In this document: positions 46,789 through 57,460 of the stretch, in pieces | Layout: every line of letters starts with the position of its first letter | Position numbering within the stretch: position 1 is the stretch's first letter | DNA from: Pseudomonadota bacterium | GTDB taxonomy: Bacteria; Pseudomonadota; Gammaproteobacteria; Steroidobacterales; Steroidobacteraceae | DNA: 64,000 nucleotides | Direction: 5' to 3' | Assembly (NCBI GenBank): GCA_021843755.1 | Contig: JAKBWB010000065.1 | Span: 3,357-67,356 of the forward strand | Made by a program: the position numbers and the translations under genes | Notes under the pieces: model-generated | Databases searched by the model: none | Seen by the model: the letters and a program-made list of their open reading frames with translations, nothing else | What the model was told of the DNA's origin: nothing

Positions 46789-47594
46789 CACGCGCGTCCG
46801 GCGCTCGCGCGAGCATCCTCGCCGCGCTCGGGCTCGCGATGCTGCTCGCCGGCTGCGCCACGACCCGACGCGAATGGACCCCCACGGCGAATCTGCCGCC
46901 GCTGCCCCTGGACTGGCGATCGATCCCCAATCCGGTGCCCCATTACCTGCCGCCGGCACCCATCGGTAATCCGCCCTTCTATGACGTCAACGGCAAACGC
47001 TACTACGTGCTGGCGAGCGCCGACGGCTACAATAAAATCGGGGTGGCCTCATGGTACGGCGCGAACTCCGAGGGCCGTTACACCGCCGACGGGGATCGCT
47101 TCAACATGTACGCCATGACGGCCGCCAGCAAGGTTCTGCCGCTGCCGACCTTCGTGCGTGTCACCGATCTGTCCAACGGCCGCAGCGTGATCGTCGAGGT
47201 CAATGACCGCGGACCGTTCGTCGCCCACCGCCTGATCGACCTGTCCTACCTGGCGGCCGCCAAACTCGGTATGCTCGCCACCGGCACCGCGCTGGTCGAG
47301 GTGCGCGCGATCACCCCGAACAGCCCGGTAAACCTGGCCAGCGCCCTGCAGGCGCGCAGTCCCCTGCTGTATGCCCAGGTCGGCGCGTTCGCCGTGCCGC
47401 GAGATGCCGAGCGGGTCTTCAACCGCCTGCGGGCCGCCGGCATGCGCAACGTCATTATCCTGTCGCCGGCAGTCAGCGGCGGCCGGCTCTATCGGGTGCG
47501 GGTCGGTCCGATTCAGGATGTGCCGCAATTCGATCGGATCGCCGCCCGACTCACGGCCCTCGGATATCCCGGCGCATGGCTGGTGAAGCCGTGA
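46785..47594 (+). CDS. rlpA: septal ring lytic transglycosylase RlpA (DPBB + SPOR domains)
   Basis: Lipobox LLAGC. DPBB region GVASWYG...TAASKVLPLPTFVRVTDLSNGRSVIVEVNDRGPF. C-terminal SPOR-like segment YAQVGAF...RVRVGP. Confidence 0.9.
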   Translation: MTRASGARASILAALGLAMLLAGCATTRREWTPTANLPPLPLDWRSIPNPVPHYLPPAPIGNPPFYDVNGKRYYVLASADGYNKIGVASWYGANSEGRYTADGDRFNMYAMTAASKVLPLPTFVRVTDLSNGRSVIVEVNDRGPFVAHRLIDLSYLAAAKLGMLATGTALVEVRAITPNSPVNLASALQARSPLLYAQVGAFAVPRDAERVFNRLRAAGMRNVIILSPAVSGGRLYRVRVGPIQDVPQFDRIAARLTALGYPGAWLVKP

Positions 47595-47681
47595 GCCCTG
47601 CCGCACGAAGAACTATCCGGCGTGTATGGAGTCTGAACGCTCCGCACTCGCCGCGTCATCCGCACTGGAGGAATCTCTGAC

Positions 47682-48839
47682 ATGTCCCGCCCATCTGCCC
47701 TGGCCGCGCTCGCGGTCCTGCTGCCCGCCCTGCTCGCAATCGTTCCAGCTCAAGCGGCCGTGCCACCACCACCGCCACCGCCGCTCAATGCGCAGTCCTA
47801 CATTCTGGTTGACTACAATACCGGCAAGGTGCTCGCGGAGAAAAATCCCAACGAGAAGATGCCGATGGCGAGCCTGACGAAGCTCATGGCCGTGTACATC
47901 GCCTTCACGGCGCTGAAGAGCGGACAGATCTCGCTCGACACGCCCGTATTGATCAGCAACGCCGCATGGCGCACGGGCGGCTCGCGCATGTTCCTCAACC
48001 CCGGCACGAAAGTGACCGTGCTCAATCTGCTGAAGGGCATCGTCGTGGATTCGGGCAACGATGCCACCGTCGCCCTCGCTCAGAAGATCGGCGGCACCCG
48101 CGCCGGCTTCGTCACCCTCATGAACGACTATGCCCGGCGACTGGGTCTGCACTCGACCCATTACGAGGACGTCGACGGACTGCCGGTACCCGACCACTAC
48201 ACCACGGCGCGCGACCTCGCCACGCTCGCCATCGACCTGATCCGCGATTTTCCGCAGTACCGCTTCATCTTCAAGATCAAGAAGTTCACCTGGGATCACA
48301 TCACCCAGCGCAACCGCGTCTCGCTGCTGTGGACCGATCCGTATGTGAAAGGCATGAAGACGGGCTACACGAAGGCGGCCGGCTACTGCATGCTCATCTA
48401 CGCCGATCGCAAGGGCATGGGCCTGATATCGGTCGTGCTGAAAACCCCGAGCTGGGATGCCAGGGTCAATGACAGCCAGGCGCTGATCACCTACGGTTAC
48501 AACTTCTTCAAGAACGAGAGAGTTGCGACCGCGGGCACGGTCCTCTCCAAGCCGCGCGTCTACGAATCGGCCGCCGGTTACGCGCCGGTCGGTCCGGCGC
48601 ACTCCGTCCTGCTCACCGTGACCCGCGGCCACCATGCGCTGAAGACCCACATCGTGTGGAACCACTGGCCGCTGGTGGCGCCGCTGGCCGCCGGTGCCGA
48701 TGTCGGCACGCTCCTGGTCACCAACGGCGCCGGCCAGCGTGTCGACAGTGTGCCGCTGGTGACGCTCGCGCCCGTGCCCGAAGGGGGCCTATTCACACGG
48801 CTCAGCGACGCGGTGAAGCTCTGGTTCCGGCACGCGTAA
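47682..48839 (+). CDS. dacA: D-alanyl-D-alanine carboxypeptidase (PBP5/6 class)
   Basis: Signal peptide, then SLTK (SxxK), SGND (SxN) and KTGYT (KTG). Conserved rlpA-dacA-ybeD-lipB neighbourhood. Confidence 0.9.
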   Translation: MSRPSALAALAVLLPALLAIVPAQAAVPPPPPPPLNAQSYILVDYNTGKVLAEKNPNEKMPMASLTKLMAVYIAFTALKSGQISLDTPVLISNAAWRTGGSRMFLNPGTKVTVLNLLKGIVVDSGNDATVALAQKIGGTRAGFVTLMNDYARRLGLHSTHYEDVDGLPVPDHYTTARDLATLAIDLIRDFPQYRFIFKIKKFTWDHITQRNRVSLLWTDPYVKGMKTGYTKAAGYCMLIYADRKGMGLISVVLKTPSWDARVNDSQALITYGYNFFKNERVATAGTVLSKPRVYESAAGYAPVGPAHSVLLTVTRGHHALKTHIVWNHWPLVAPLAAGADVGTLLVTNGAGQRVDSVPLVTLAPVPEGGLFTRLSDAVKLWFRHA

Positions 48840-48876
48840 CCGCCCGGATCGCCGCCGAGGCGCCGCATACAGGCTC

Positions 48877-49749
48877 ATGGCCGCACCGTTCCCCACCTGT
48901 TACCTGAACGGCGACTACCTGCCGCTCAGCGAGGCGCGCATCTCGCCGCTGGACCGCGGTTTCCTCTTCGGCGACGGCGCCTACGAGGTGATGCCCGTCT
49001 ACGCCGGACGGCCCTTTCGGCTGCAGGCACACTGTGCGCGGCTCACGCGCAGCCTCGCCGAGCTGCGCATGGGCGATCCGCTCTCGCACGAGCAATGGCG
49101 GAGCGTGTTCGCCACGCTCATCGAGCGCGGCGGCGGCGGCGATCAATATCTCTACTGGCAGGTGACGCGGGGCGCCGAGCCGCAACGCTGCCATGCGCCC
49201 CTGCCCGAGATCCCGCGCACCGTGTTCGCCTTCAGTGCGCCCTGGCCCGTGGTGGCGCGCGCGACGCTCGAGCAGGGGCTCGCGTGCGTGACCGCGGCCG
49301 ACACACGCTGGGCGCGCTGCGATATCAAATCCACCGCGCTGCTCGCCAATGTGCTGCTGCGTCAGCTCGCCGTCGATGCCGCCGCCGCGGAAACCATTCT
49401 GCTGCGCGACGGCCAGCTCACCGACGCATCGGCTTCTGCCGTGCACGTCGTGATCGCGGGCGAGGTGCGCACGCCGCCGAACTCGCCCGCCATCCTGCCG
49501 AGCACCACCCGTACGGTGGTGGAGGAGCTTGCCGCACGCGCCGCAGTGCCATGCCGTGCCGCTGCGGTCAGCGAGCACGAGTTGCGCGGCGCCGAGGAAA
49601 TCTGGCTGTCGGCGGCCACGCGCGAGGTACAGCCCGTGACGCGCCTCGACGGCCGACCGGTCGGCGACGGACGGCCCGGACCGCTCTGGCGACGCATCGA
49701 CGCGGCATTCCAGCAGTGGAAAGTCGAGTTGCGGGCGCAGCCGTGGTAG
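48877..49749 (+). CDS. class IV aminotransferase (D-amino-acid transaminase-like)
   Basis: 290 aa. LDRGFLFGDGAYEVMPVY and a fold-type IV pattern. D-Ala versus branched-chain versus ADC-lyase specificity cannot be settled by eye. Confidence 0.8.
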   Translation: MAAPFPTCYLNGDYLPLSEARISPLDRGFLFGDGAYEVMPVYAGRPFRLQAHCARLTRSLAELRMGDPLSHEQWRSVFATLIERGGGGDQYLYWQVTRGAEPQRCHAPLPEIPRTVFAFSAPWPVVARATLEQGLACVTAADTRWARCDIKSTALLANVLLRQLAVDAAAAETILLRDGQLTDASASAVHVVIAGEVRTPPNSPAILPSTTRTVVEELAARAAVPCRAAAVSEHELRGAEEIWLSAATREVQPVTRLDGRPVGDGRPGPLWRRIDAAFQQWKVELRAQPW

Positions 49750-50006
49750 GCAAGCTCGTACTCGAATTCCCGACCGAATATCCGCTCAAGGTGATCGGTC
49801 GGCCGTCGGATGAGTTTCGTGCGCGCGTGCACGCCGTGGTGCTGCGCCACGCGCCGACGCTGGAGTCCGAACGGGTCAGCGAGCGGCTCAGCGGCCAGGG
49901 CAATTTTCTGTCGATTTCATACACGCTGTTCGCCGAAAGCCGCGAGCAGGTCGAGGCGCTGACCGCGGAGCTGAAGGCCTGCGACGGCGTCCTGATGTTG
50001 ATCTGA
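49743..50006 (+). CDS. ybeD: YbeD/DUF493 family protein
   Basis: GTG at 49743 gives an 87-aa protein: VVGKLVLEFPTEYPLKVIGRPSDEFRARVHAVVLRHAP...ISYTLFAESREQVEALTAELKACDGVLMLI. It is collinear with E. coli YbeD (LEFPTPFTYKVMG). Confidence 0.8.
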   Translation: MVGKLVLEFPTEYPLKVIGRPSDEFRARVHAVVLRHAPTLESERVSERLSGQGNFLSISYTLFAESREQVEALTAELKACDGVLMLI

Positions 50007-50081
50007 CGGGGCCGCCGGCCAACCGGACGGACATCAGGCCGCGCTTGCCGAAACACTCCGCGGCTCGATGCCCCGCTCGCG

Positions 50082-50771
50082 TCATTCGTCGCCGGCGCGA
50101 CCGGCCGGCCCCGGCCCGTACAGCCGGCGCAGCAGATGCGGCAGTAACCCCTCGGCCGCCACCCCCACCGCGTCCACTGCGGCGAGATCCCCGAGCCGCG
50201 TCATCTCCAGACCCGGATATCCACACGGATTGATACGCTCGAACGGCCCCAGGTCGTTGCAGACATTGAGCGCGATACCGTGATAGCTTGCGCCGCGACG
50301 CACGCGAATGCCCACACTCGCCAGTTTGCGACCCTCCACGTACACGCCCGGAGCGCCGCGGCGGCACTCGGCGGTGATGCCCAGATCCGCCGCATAGCCG
50401 ATCACGGCGCGCTCGAGCGCGGTCACCAGATCACGCACCCCGAGTCGCGCACGCCGCAAGTCGACCAGCACATAGGCGACGAGCTGCCCGGGGCCGTGGT
50501 AGGTCACTTGACCGCCGCGGTCGATGCGCACCACCGGAATGTCCCCGGCGGCGAGCACGTGCGCCGGATCGGCGTTCATGCCGAGGGTGAACACGGGCGG
50601 ATGCTCGAGCAGCCACAGCTCATCGGCGGTTTCGGGCGCACGCGTGTCCGTGAAGCGCTGCATCGCCCGCCACGTCGGCTCGTATTCCTGCACGCCGAGC
50701 CAGCGCACGTGCGGCGCCGGCGCGCCCGAGGCCACCGCGTCCACGAGCGCGCGGTCGGCCGGCGAACTCAC
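50082..50771 (-). CDS. lipB: octanoyltransferase
   Basis: [25 protein letters not shown] and [22 protein letters not shown] motifs. The GTG at 50771 forms a GTGA overlap with the lipA stop. The track ORF extends to 50873. Confidence 0.85.
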   Translation of the reverse strand: MSSPADRALVDAVASGAPAPHVRWLGVQEYEPTWRAMQRFTDTRAPETADELWLLEHPPVFTLGMNADPAHVLAAGDIPVVRIDRGGQVTYHGPGQLVAYVLVDLRRARLGVRDLVTALERAVIGYAADLGITAECRRGAPGVYVEGRKLASVGIRVRRGASYHGIALNVCNDLGPFERINPCGYPGLEMTRLGDLAAVDAVGVAAEGLLPHLLRRLYGPGPAGRAGDE

Positions 50772-51802
50772 CGGCCGGACCCGGCCAGACGCGCATTGTC
50801 GAGGCCGGCGTTGTTGCGATCGAGCGCCCGCTCGGCGCGGTAACTCGAGCGCACCAGCGGTCCCGAGACGCACTCGAGGAACCCCAACTGCAACGCATAG
50901 CGACGCAACCCGTCGAACTGCGCAGGCGTCACGAAGCGCTCCACGGGCAGGTGGTTGGCCGTCGGACGCAGATACTGCCCCAGCGTGACGATATCGACCC
51001 CGGCGGCGCGCAGGTCGCGCAGCGTCGCCTCGATCTCTTCGTCCGTCTCACCGAGTCCGAGCATCAGACTGCTCTTGGTCAGGACCGTGCGCCGGTGATG
51101 TTTGGCATGCCGCAGCACCTCGAGCGTGCGCTCGTAGCCCGCCCGAGGATCACGCACCGGGTGCGTGAGCCGGCGCACCGTCTCGATGTTCTGTGCAAAC
51201 ACCTCCAGGCCGGCATCGACGACGGTCTCGACGTCGGCAGGCACGCCCTGAAAATCCGGTGCCAGCGCCTCGATCGCAGTCTCGGGATTGCGGCGCTTGA
51301 TCGCGCGAATGCACGCGGCATAGTGTCCAGCGCCACCGTCGGGCAGATCGTCGCGATCGACCGAGGTCAGCACGACGTATCTGAGCTTCATCAGCTCGAC
51401 GGTCCGGGCGGCGTTGTCCGGCTCATCGGGGTCCAGCCAGCCACGCGGATTGCCCGTGTCGACCGAACAGAACCGGCAGGCGCGCGTGCATACCGCGCCC
51501 ATCAGCATGAGGGTCGCCGTGCCGGCATTCCAGCACTCGCCGATGTTCGGACACTTCGCCTCCTGGCACACCGTGGCCAATCGATGTCGGGTCACGACGT
51601 CCTTCACTTCCTGAAATCCCGACCCCGTCGGCGCGCGGGCGCGCAACCAGGCGGGCTTGCGGCCCGGGGCGACGCGAGGCCCCGCGGCAGTGGCCTTTAT
51701 GCCATCCCGAATTGCCATAAACCCTTGATCAGTCTGGTATTTCTCTCCGCTGCGGGGGGGAGCGGGCACGGCGGCGGCAGGCCTGTCTTTTGGAGCACAC
51801 AT
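50768..51802 (-). CDS. lipA: lipoyl synthase
   Basis: [13 protein letters not shown] and radical-SAM [10 protein letters not shown] motifs. Start is uncertain (ATG at 51802 or 51718). I chose 51802 because the [10 protein letters not shown] segment looks like a conserved N-terminus. Confidence 0.9.
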   Translation of the reverse strand: MCAPKDRPAAAVPAPPRSGEKYQTDQGFMAIRDGIKATAAGPRVAPGRKPAWLRARAPTGSGFQEVKDVVTRHRLATVCQEAKCPNIGECWNAGTATLMLMGAVCTRACRFCSVDTGNPRGWLDPDEPDNAARTVELMKLRYVVLTSVDRDDLPDGGAGHYAACIRAIKRRNPETAIEALAPDFQGVPADVETVVDAGLEVFAQNIETVRRLTHPVRDPRAGYERTLEVLRHAKHHRRTVLTKSSLMLGLGETDEEIEATLRDLRAAGVDIVTLGQYLRPTANHLPVERFVTPAQFDGLRRYALQLGFLECVSGPLVRSSYRAERALDRNNAGLDNARLAGSGR

Positions 51803-51834
51803 GGCGCTATTGTACGTTTGCCTGGGAGAACTCT

Positions 51835-52542
51835 CTAATCGACGCCTTGGGGGCCCGGCCGACCCGCTCGGGCACGCAGCCACCCATCGAGCCGCGCCAG
51901 ACGCTCGGGCGAGCCGACGTCGAACCAGGGCCCGTCGAAGCGCTCGCCCCGCAAGCGCCCTGCGGCGAGGGCCCGCTTCAGCAGCGGGAGCAGAGGAAAC
52001 CTCCCGGGACGGCAGCCGACAAAGAACTCCGGCCGATACACACCGACTCCGGTATAGGTGAGGCGGTTCGAGGAACGCTCCACCACCCAGCCTTCCTCGA
52101 GGCCGAAGTCACCGTGCGGATGATGTTCCGGATTGGAAGTCAGAACGATGCGGGCATCGGCGTCCTCGGGAAGCGCCGCGCAGCCGCGCAAATCCATATC
52201 GAGCCAGATATCGGCATTGATGACCAGAAACGGGGCAGGGCCCAGCACCGGCAGCGCTCGAAAAATTCCACCGCCGGTTTCGAGCGGCTCGGATCCCTCA
52301 TCGCTGTAGGCGATCCGTACGCCGTAGCGTGCTCCCGAGCCCAACGCCGAGCGGATCTGCTCCCCCAGCCACGACACGTTGACGATCACCTCGTGGATGC
52401 CGGCGGCGGCGAGCGCCTCCAGGTGGTAGGCGATCAGAGGCTTGCCGGCGACAGCCACCAGCGGTTTCGGAACAGTGTCGGTGATCGGTCGCAGCCGCTC
52501 ACCCCGCCCCGCCGCGAGGAGCATGGCCTTGGTCGGGGTCAT
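51835..52542 (-). CDS. murU: N-acetylmuramate alpha-1-phosphate uridylyltransferase (nucleotidyltransferase)
   Basis: 235 aa. [23 protein letters not shown] sugar-nucleotidyltransferase motif. Paired with an AmgK-like kinase and divergent to lptD, as in Pseudomonas (recalled). Confidence 0.75.
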   Translation of the reverse strand: MTPTKAMLLAAGRGERLRPITDTVPKPLVAVAGKPLIAYHLEALAAAGIHEVIVNVSWLGEQIRSALGSGARYGVRIAYSDEGSEPLETGGGIFRALPVLGPAPFLVINADIWLDMDLRGCAALPEDADARIVLTSNPEHHPHGDFGLEEGWVVERSSNRLTYTGVGVYRPEFFVGCRPGRFPLLPLLKRALAAGRLRGERFDGPWFDVGSPERLARLDGWLRARAGRPGPQGVD

Positions 52543-53690
52543 GGGCCGCAGTCCAACCCCGGAGCAGGCCCCGCGCCCCGCTCATCCCGGCCGGGTACGT
52601 GCTGCCGACCCGACTCGCCCGCCGCGGCGCGGTGCGCGCGCTCATTGGCGCGCGGCAGCTCCGGGACGATCCGCCGCTCGAGAAACTCCGCCAGCTCGGC
52701 CAGCTCCGGATAGCCCCCACAGGTCTCGCGCACGTACTCCAGAGTCAGCGGCAGATCCGACAGATAGCCGATCTTGCCGTCGCGGTACCAGAGACGCGCG
52801 AAAATGCCGAGCACTTTCAGATGGCGCTGCACTCCCATCAGATCGAACCAACGCATGAACTGGCGCGGATCGGCGCCGGCGTTCCCGCCCTCGGACTCGA
52901 GCCGAGCGCGATAGCCCATGACCCAGCCCGCGACCCGCGCGCGCGGCCAGGAGATATAACAGTCCTTCAGCAGCGAGGCCAGATCGTAGCCGACCGGGCC
53001 GCGCACGGCGTCCTGAAAGTCGAGCACGCCCGGATTACGGTGCGCGACCACCATGAGATTGCGCGCATGGTAGTCGCGGTGCACGAGCACCTGCGGCTGC
53101 GAGAGCGCCTCGGCGATCAGGAATTCGAACACCCGCTCCAGCATCCGACCCTCGCCGGCCGTCGGCTCGAGCGACAGATGCCGCGCCAGGAACCATTCGG
53201 GCATCAGCGTCATCTCGCGCCGCAGCAGTCCGCTGTCATAGGGCGCAAGCTCGCCGGCCGCTTGCGCGCCGCGCGCCTGAATCCGCGCCAGCACCCGCAG
53301 CGCATCGTCGTACAGACGCTGCGCATCGCCGCCTGCGGCCAGGCACGCCAGGTACTGCGTACTGCCCAGATCCTCCAGCAGCAGCAACCCGCGCTCGATG
53401 TCGCTCTCGTGCACACGCGGCACGTGGACCCCCAGCGGCTCGAGCAGCCGAGTCACGTGCAGAAAGGGACGCACGTCCTCTTTGCCGGGCGGCGCGTCCA
53501 TGACGATGTACGTGCCGTTCGCACAGAAGACCCGGAAGTAACGCCGGAAGCTCGCGTCGCTCGAGGCCGGCTCGATACGCGCCGGCCGCAAGCGAAGCTC
53601 GCGCGAAAGCCAACCCTCGAGCAGCGCGCGCCGCTCATCTCGATCAACCGTCTGCAATGCTTTGTGCCCACGAGAGTGCGAACGCGCCAT
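52539..53690 (-). CDS. amgK: anomeric MurNAc/GlcNAc kinase (aminoglycoside phosphotransferase fold)
   Basis: ASFRRYFRV and LVHRDYHARNLMV (APH catalytic loop) motifs. ATG at 53690. The track ORF (to 53921) would run into lptD. A 4-bp overlap with murU. Confidence 0.75.
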   Translation of the reverse strand: MARSHSRGHKALQTVDRDERRALLEGWLSRELRLRPARIEPASSDASFRRYFRVFCANGTYIVMDAPPGKEDVRPFLHVTRLLEPLGVHVPRVHESDIERGLLLLEDLGSTQYLACLAAGGDAQRLYDDALRVLARIQARGAQAAGELAPYDSGLLRREMTLMPEWFLARHLSLEPTAGEGRMLERVFEFLIAEALSQPQVLVHRDYHARNLMVVAHRNPGVLDFQDAVRGPVGYDLASLLKDCYISWPRARVAGWVMGYRARLESEGGNAGADPRQFMRWFDLMGVQRHLKVLGIFARLWYRDGKIGYLSDLPLTLEYVRETCGGYPELAELAEFLERRIVPELPRANERAHRAAAGESGRQHVPGRDERGAGPAPGLDCGP

Positions 53691-53706
53691 TATAATCTGA
53701 CCCCTC

Positions 53707-56049
53707 ATGCCGCGTTTGCGCCCACTATTGACCGCCCTGCTGTCGCTCGGCTGCAGCGCACCGCACTGCCTATGGGCGGCCCCGGCGGCCGGCCCGGCGA
53801 CCCCCCCCATCCCGGCGCGGGTCCGCGCGCGGGCCCGGGCACGGCTCATCACCGGCGGCGCGGACATCAGCGCCGACCATGCCGTGCGCAACCGCCACGG
53901 CCAGTGGACTCTCAATGGCAACGTCGTGATTCGCCAGGGACAGCGCGAGATCCGCGCGAACCATGTCGTCTACGACAGCCGCCACGGCAGCGTCTCCACC
54001 CGCGGCGGCGTCGAGTTCTCCGATCCGATGGTGCGCATCACCGGCAAGGGCGGCAGCTACTCCCCAACCCGCGGCGCGGTATTCGACTCGGCGCATTTCA
54101 CGTTGCTGCGCCGCAATGCGCGCGGCACGGCCGGCAGGCTCCATCTGACGCCGCTCGGGATCCTGCGCCTGCGGCGCGTCACCTTCACGACCTGCAAGCT
54201 ACCGAAGCCGTCCTGGGTGCTGCGCGCCAGCTCCCTCACCATCAATACCCGCGACCGCATCGGGACGGGCCGCGACGCCCGCGTCGATCTGCATGGAGTA
54301 CCGCTCCTGTACACCCCGTGGGTGTCCTTCCCCGTCGGCAACGTCCGCAAAACCGGCTTCCTGTTCCCGACATTCGGCAACACCTCGACGAGCGGCCTGC
54401 AGGTGACGATACCGTTCTATTGGAACATCGCGCCGAACGCCGACCTCACCCTGCAGCCCACCGAGTATCAGCGCCGCGGCATCGACCTCGGCGGCGATGC
54501 GCGGCTGCTGACCGCCGATGACCGGACCGAGATCGATTGGGACTATCTGCCCTATGACAACGCCTACCACGGCAGCCGCAGCCGCATCCGATTGCGGAGC
54601 GAGACGAATCTGCCCGACGGCCTGCGGTTGAGCCTCGATGGGCAGAACGTCAGTGACTCCCAATACTTCGAGGACTTCGCCAGCGGACCGGAAGGCGCGA
54701 GCACCGCGTTTCTCAATCGTCGCGCCGTGCTGTCCTACCGCAACGTGCACTGGAACGTCCAGGGCATGGTGCAGCAGTTTCAGACCATCGACAACACGCT
54801 GCCGGTGAACGAGCGGCCCTATGCGCGCGTGCCGGATATCACCGCCGACGCCAACTACGGCTGGGGCCCGGCCGACCTGCTTCGTTATGGATTCACCTCG
54901 GAGCTGGTCGACTTCCAGCGGCCCGAGGGCTCGACCCTGGTCAGTGGCTGGCGCTTCGACGCCACGCCCCGGGTTTCGCTCAACTTCGAGGGCCCCGGAT
55001 ACTTCGTGCGGCCCGCGATCGCCTGGCGCACCACGGAATACGAACTGTCGCACACCGCGCCCGGTCAGCCGAGCAATCCCTCGCGCAATCTGCCCATCGC
55101 CAGTGTGGATGCGGGCTTGAAGCTCGATCGGCTCATCGGGCGCGACGGGCGGCGACAAATCGAGCTCGAGCCGCGCGCGATGTATCTCTATGTCCCGTAC
55201 CGCAATCAGAACGATCTGCCGATATTCGACACCGGCCTTCCCGACCTGCAGCCGGTGGAGCTGTTCCGCACCAACCGCTATGTCGGCGCCGACCGCCAGG
55301 GCGACGCCGACCAGATAAGCGCCGCCCTCACCGCGCGGGTGCTCGGCACGGCGAGCGGCCGTCAATACCTCTCGGCCACGATTGGTGAGGAGTTCTACCT
55401 CAGACCCCCCCGCGTGACCCTGCCCGGGCTGCCGCTCCAGAGAGGTCCATACGGAGGAATCATTGCCAAGCTATCGCTGACGGCAGTCCGGGATTGGAGC
55501 GCCAGCGGTGAGCTGCAGTGGAACCCGCAAAACTCTCAGGCCGAGCGCGCCCAGGCGTCGCTGCAGTATCGTCCGGGGCCCGGCCGGGTGATCAATCTGG
55601 CGTACCGCTTCGAGCGCACCACATTTGAGTTTGCCACGCTGCAGCAGCAGGCGTCGATCGCCGCACTCTGCGGCACCGCGCCGGCGCTGGTGAGCGGCAG
55701 CTCGTGCGGCACCAAGCAAGTGGAGCTCTCGGGCGCCTGGCCGATCGGGTCGCACTGGAGCGTCTTTGCGCGCGCCATCTACTCGATGCTGGATCACCAG
55801 GCGCTGGAGAGATTCGTCGGCTTCGAGTACCGTTCGTGCTGCTGGAGCATACGGTTCGGCGCCCGGCGCTATGTCGCGCTGCGGCCGGTGGGAACGACAG
55901 AGCGGACCGGCACGCAGGTCACCGGCGTCTACTTGCAGGTGGAACTCAACGGCCTGGCCAGTGTCGGATCTGCACCGGATCGTTTCCTCTCCGAGGCCAT
56001 CCCCGGCTACACTTCCCCGGAACCGAATTCCCTGGCAGCGATGCCTTGA
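53707..56049 (+). CDS. lptD: LPS-assembly protein LptD
   Basis: 780 aa with a signal peptide. N-terminal OstA-like region followed by a large beta-barrel. Conserved lptD-surA-pdxA-rsmA-apaG-apaH order. Confidence 0.9.
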   Translation: MPRLRPLLTALLSLGCSAPHCLWAAPAAGPATPPIPARVRARARARLITGGADISADHAVRNRHGQWTLNGNVVIRQGQREIRANHVVYDSRHGSVSTRGGVEFSDPMVRITGKGGSYSPTRGAVFDSAHFTLLRRNARGTAGRLHLTPLGILRLRRVTFTTCKLPKPSWVLRASSLTINTRDRIGTGRDARVDLHGVPLLYTPWVSFPVGNVRKTGFLFPTFGNTSTSGLQVTIPFYWNIAPNADLTLQPTEYQRRGIDLGGDARLLTADDRTEIDWDYLPYDNAYHGSRSRIRLRSETNLPDGLRLSLDGQNVSDSQYFEDFASGPEGASTAFLNRRAVLSYRNVHWNVQGMVQQFQTIDNTLPVNERPYARVPDITADANYGWGPADLLRYGFTSELVDFQRPEGSTLVSGWRFDATPRVSLNFEGPGYFVRPAIAWRTTEYELSHTAPGQPSNPSRNLPIASVDAGLKLDRLIGRDGRRQIELEPRAMYLYVPYRNQNDLPIFDTGLPDLQPVELFRTNRYVGADRQGDADQISAALTARVLGTASGRQYLSATIGEEFYLRPPRVTLPGLPLQRGPYGGIIAKLSLTAVRDWSASGELQWNPQNSQAERAQASLQYRPGPGRVINLAYRFERTTFEFATLQQQASIAALCGTAPALVSGSSCGTKQVELSGAWPIGSHWSVFARAIYSMLDHQALERFVGFEYRSCCWSIRFGARRYVALRPVGTTERTGTQVTGVYLQVELNGLASVGSAPDRFLSEAIPGYTSPEPNSLAAMP

Positions 56050-56072
56050 AGATCGAGCGAGGACTCACGCGC

Positions 56073-57446
56073 ATGCGGCGGTATTTTCCATTCCGGACCC
56101 GGACTCCAGGCGGCGCCGTGGGCACCGCCCGGGCGGCCCTGTGCATTCTCTTGGCGGCGGCCGCGCTCGCGGCGCTGCTGCCGGGGCGCGCCCTGGCCCA
56201 GACCCGCCAGCTCTCCACCCAGGGTCAGCTGCTCGATCGCATCGTCGCGATCGTCAACAACGGCGTGGTGCTGCAAAGCGAGCTCGACAGCCGGATGAGG
56301 CAGGTGGAGACGGAACTCAGGGCCGAGGGTCTCTCGCCTCCGCCCCAGAGCGTGCTGCAGAAGCAAGTGCTCCACAACCTCATCCTCGAGCACCTGGAGC
56401 TGCAGCAGGCCGCGCAAGACGGCATCAGGATCTCCGACGACACCCTGAACGAGGCGCTGCAAAGCGTCGCGGCGCGCAACCACATTCCGTTCGCGGACCT
56501 GCCCACCGCCCTGGCGCAGGAAGGTATCAACTACGCAGCCTACCGCCAGCAGATGCGCAACCAGCTCACCATCGGGCTGCTGCGCGAGCGCGACGTTCTG
56601 CAGCGCATCGTGGTCACGCCGCGGGAAGTCGACCAGTTCCTGGCGCGCCAGGCCAGAGAGCCGACTTCAAACGAGGAATACGAGGTCTCGCACATTCTGA
56701 TCGCGGTCTCCCCGGACGCCACGCCGGCGCAGTTGGCGAGCGCCAAGCGCCTGGCCGAGAAAGTCGACCGTCTGGCGAAGTCGGGCCGGAATTTCGCCAA
56801 GCTCGCGATCACCTACTCGGACAGCAGCGATGCGCTCAAGGGGGGCAATCTCGGCTGGCGCAAGGGCTTCGATCTGCCGACGTTCCTGACCAACGTCGTA
56901 CCGCGCCTCAAGCCGGGCGAGGTCAGCAACGTGCTGCGCACCGCCTCGGGCTTCCACATCGTCAAGTTGGACAAGATCCGCCGTCAGACACACAAGGACA
57001 TCGTCGAGCAGGTTCACGTGCGGCACATCCTGCTCATCCCGAATGCCATACAGGACGCCGCTACCGTGCGCGAGCGCCTGGAGAAAATCCGCAAGGAGAT
57101 CCTCTCGGGCAAGGTCAGGTTTTCGGTGATCGCCGCCTCGGTTTCCCAGGACCCGGGCTCGGCCTCCGAGGGGGGCAACCTCGGCTGGCAGAGCCCGAAC
57201 GCCTTCACGCCGCGCTTCGCCGCAGCGATCGCCAAGCTCAAGGTGGGTCAGATCAGCCAGCCGTTCCAGACACGCTACGGCTGGCACATCGCGCAACTGC
57301 TGGGACGACGCAAGTTCAACGAGACTGAGGAAATGAAGCGGCTGCATGCCATCGAGGCCATTCGCGCCAGCCGGGCCGACGAGGATACCCAGCTGTGGCT
57401 GCAACGGCTGCGCGACGACGCCTACGTGCGGATTCTGGCGGGCTGA
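56073..57446 (+). CDS. surA: periplasmic chaperone SurA (two parvulin domains)
   Basis: ATG at 56073 gives a signal peptide ending [20 protein letters not shown], then two PPIase segments (HILI..., GGNLGW repeated twice). Confidence 0.9.
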   Translation: MRRYFPFRTRTPGGAVGTARAALCILLAAAALAALLPGRALAQTRQLSTQGQLLDRIVAIVNNGVVLQSELDSRMRQVETELRAEGLSPPPQSVLQKQVLHNLILEHLELQQAAQDGIRISDDTLNEALQSVAARNHIPFADLPTALAQEGINYAAYRQQMRNQLTIGLLRERDVLQRIVVTPREVDQFLARQAREPTSNEEYEVSHILIAVSPDATPAQLASAKRLAEKVDRLAKSGRNFAKLAITYSDSSDALKGGNLGWRKGFDLPTFLTNVVPRLKPGEVSNVLRTASGFHIVKLDKIRRQTHKDIVEQVHVRHILLIPNAIQDAATVRERLEKIRKEILSGKVRFSVIAASVSQDPGSASEGGNLGWQSPNAFTPRFAAAIAKLKVGQISQPFQTRYGWHIAQLLGRRKFNETEEMKRLHAIEAIRASRADEDTQLWLQRLRDDAYVRILAG

Positions 57447-57460
57447 CCGGTCCGCGCGCC

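Noticed and set aside
53691-53696. Perfect TATAAT hexamer 10 nt upstream of the lptD ATG, in the 16-bp amgK/lptD divergent gap
   Set aside because: There is no acceptable -35 at 16-19 bp spacing. It is too close to the start codon to leave room for an SD. It cannot be distinguished from chance without TSS data.
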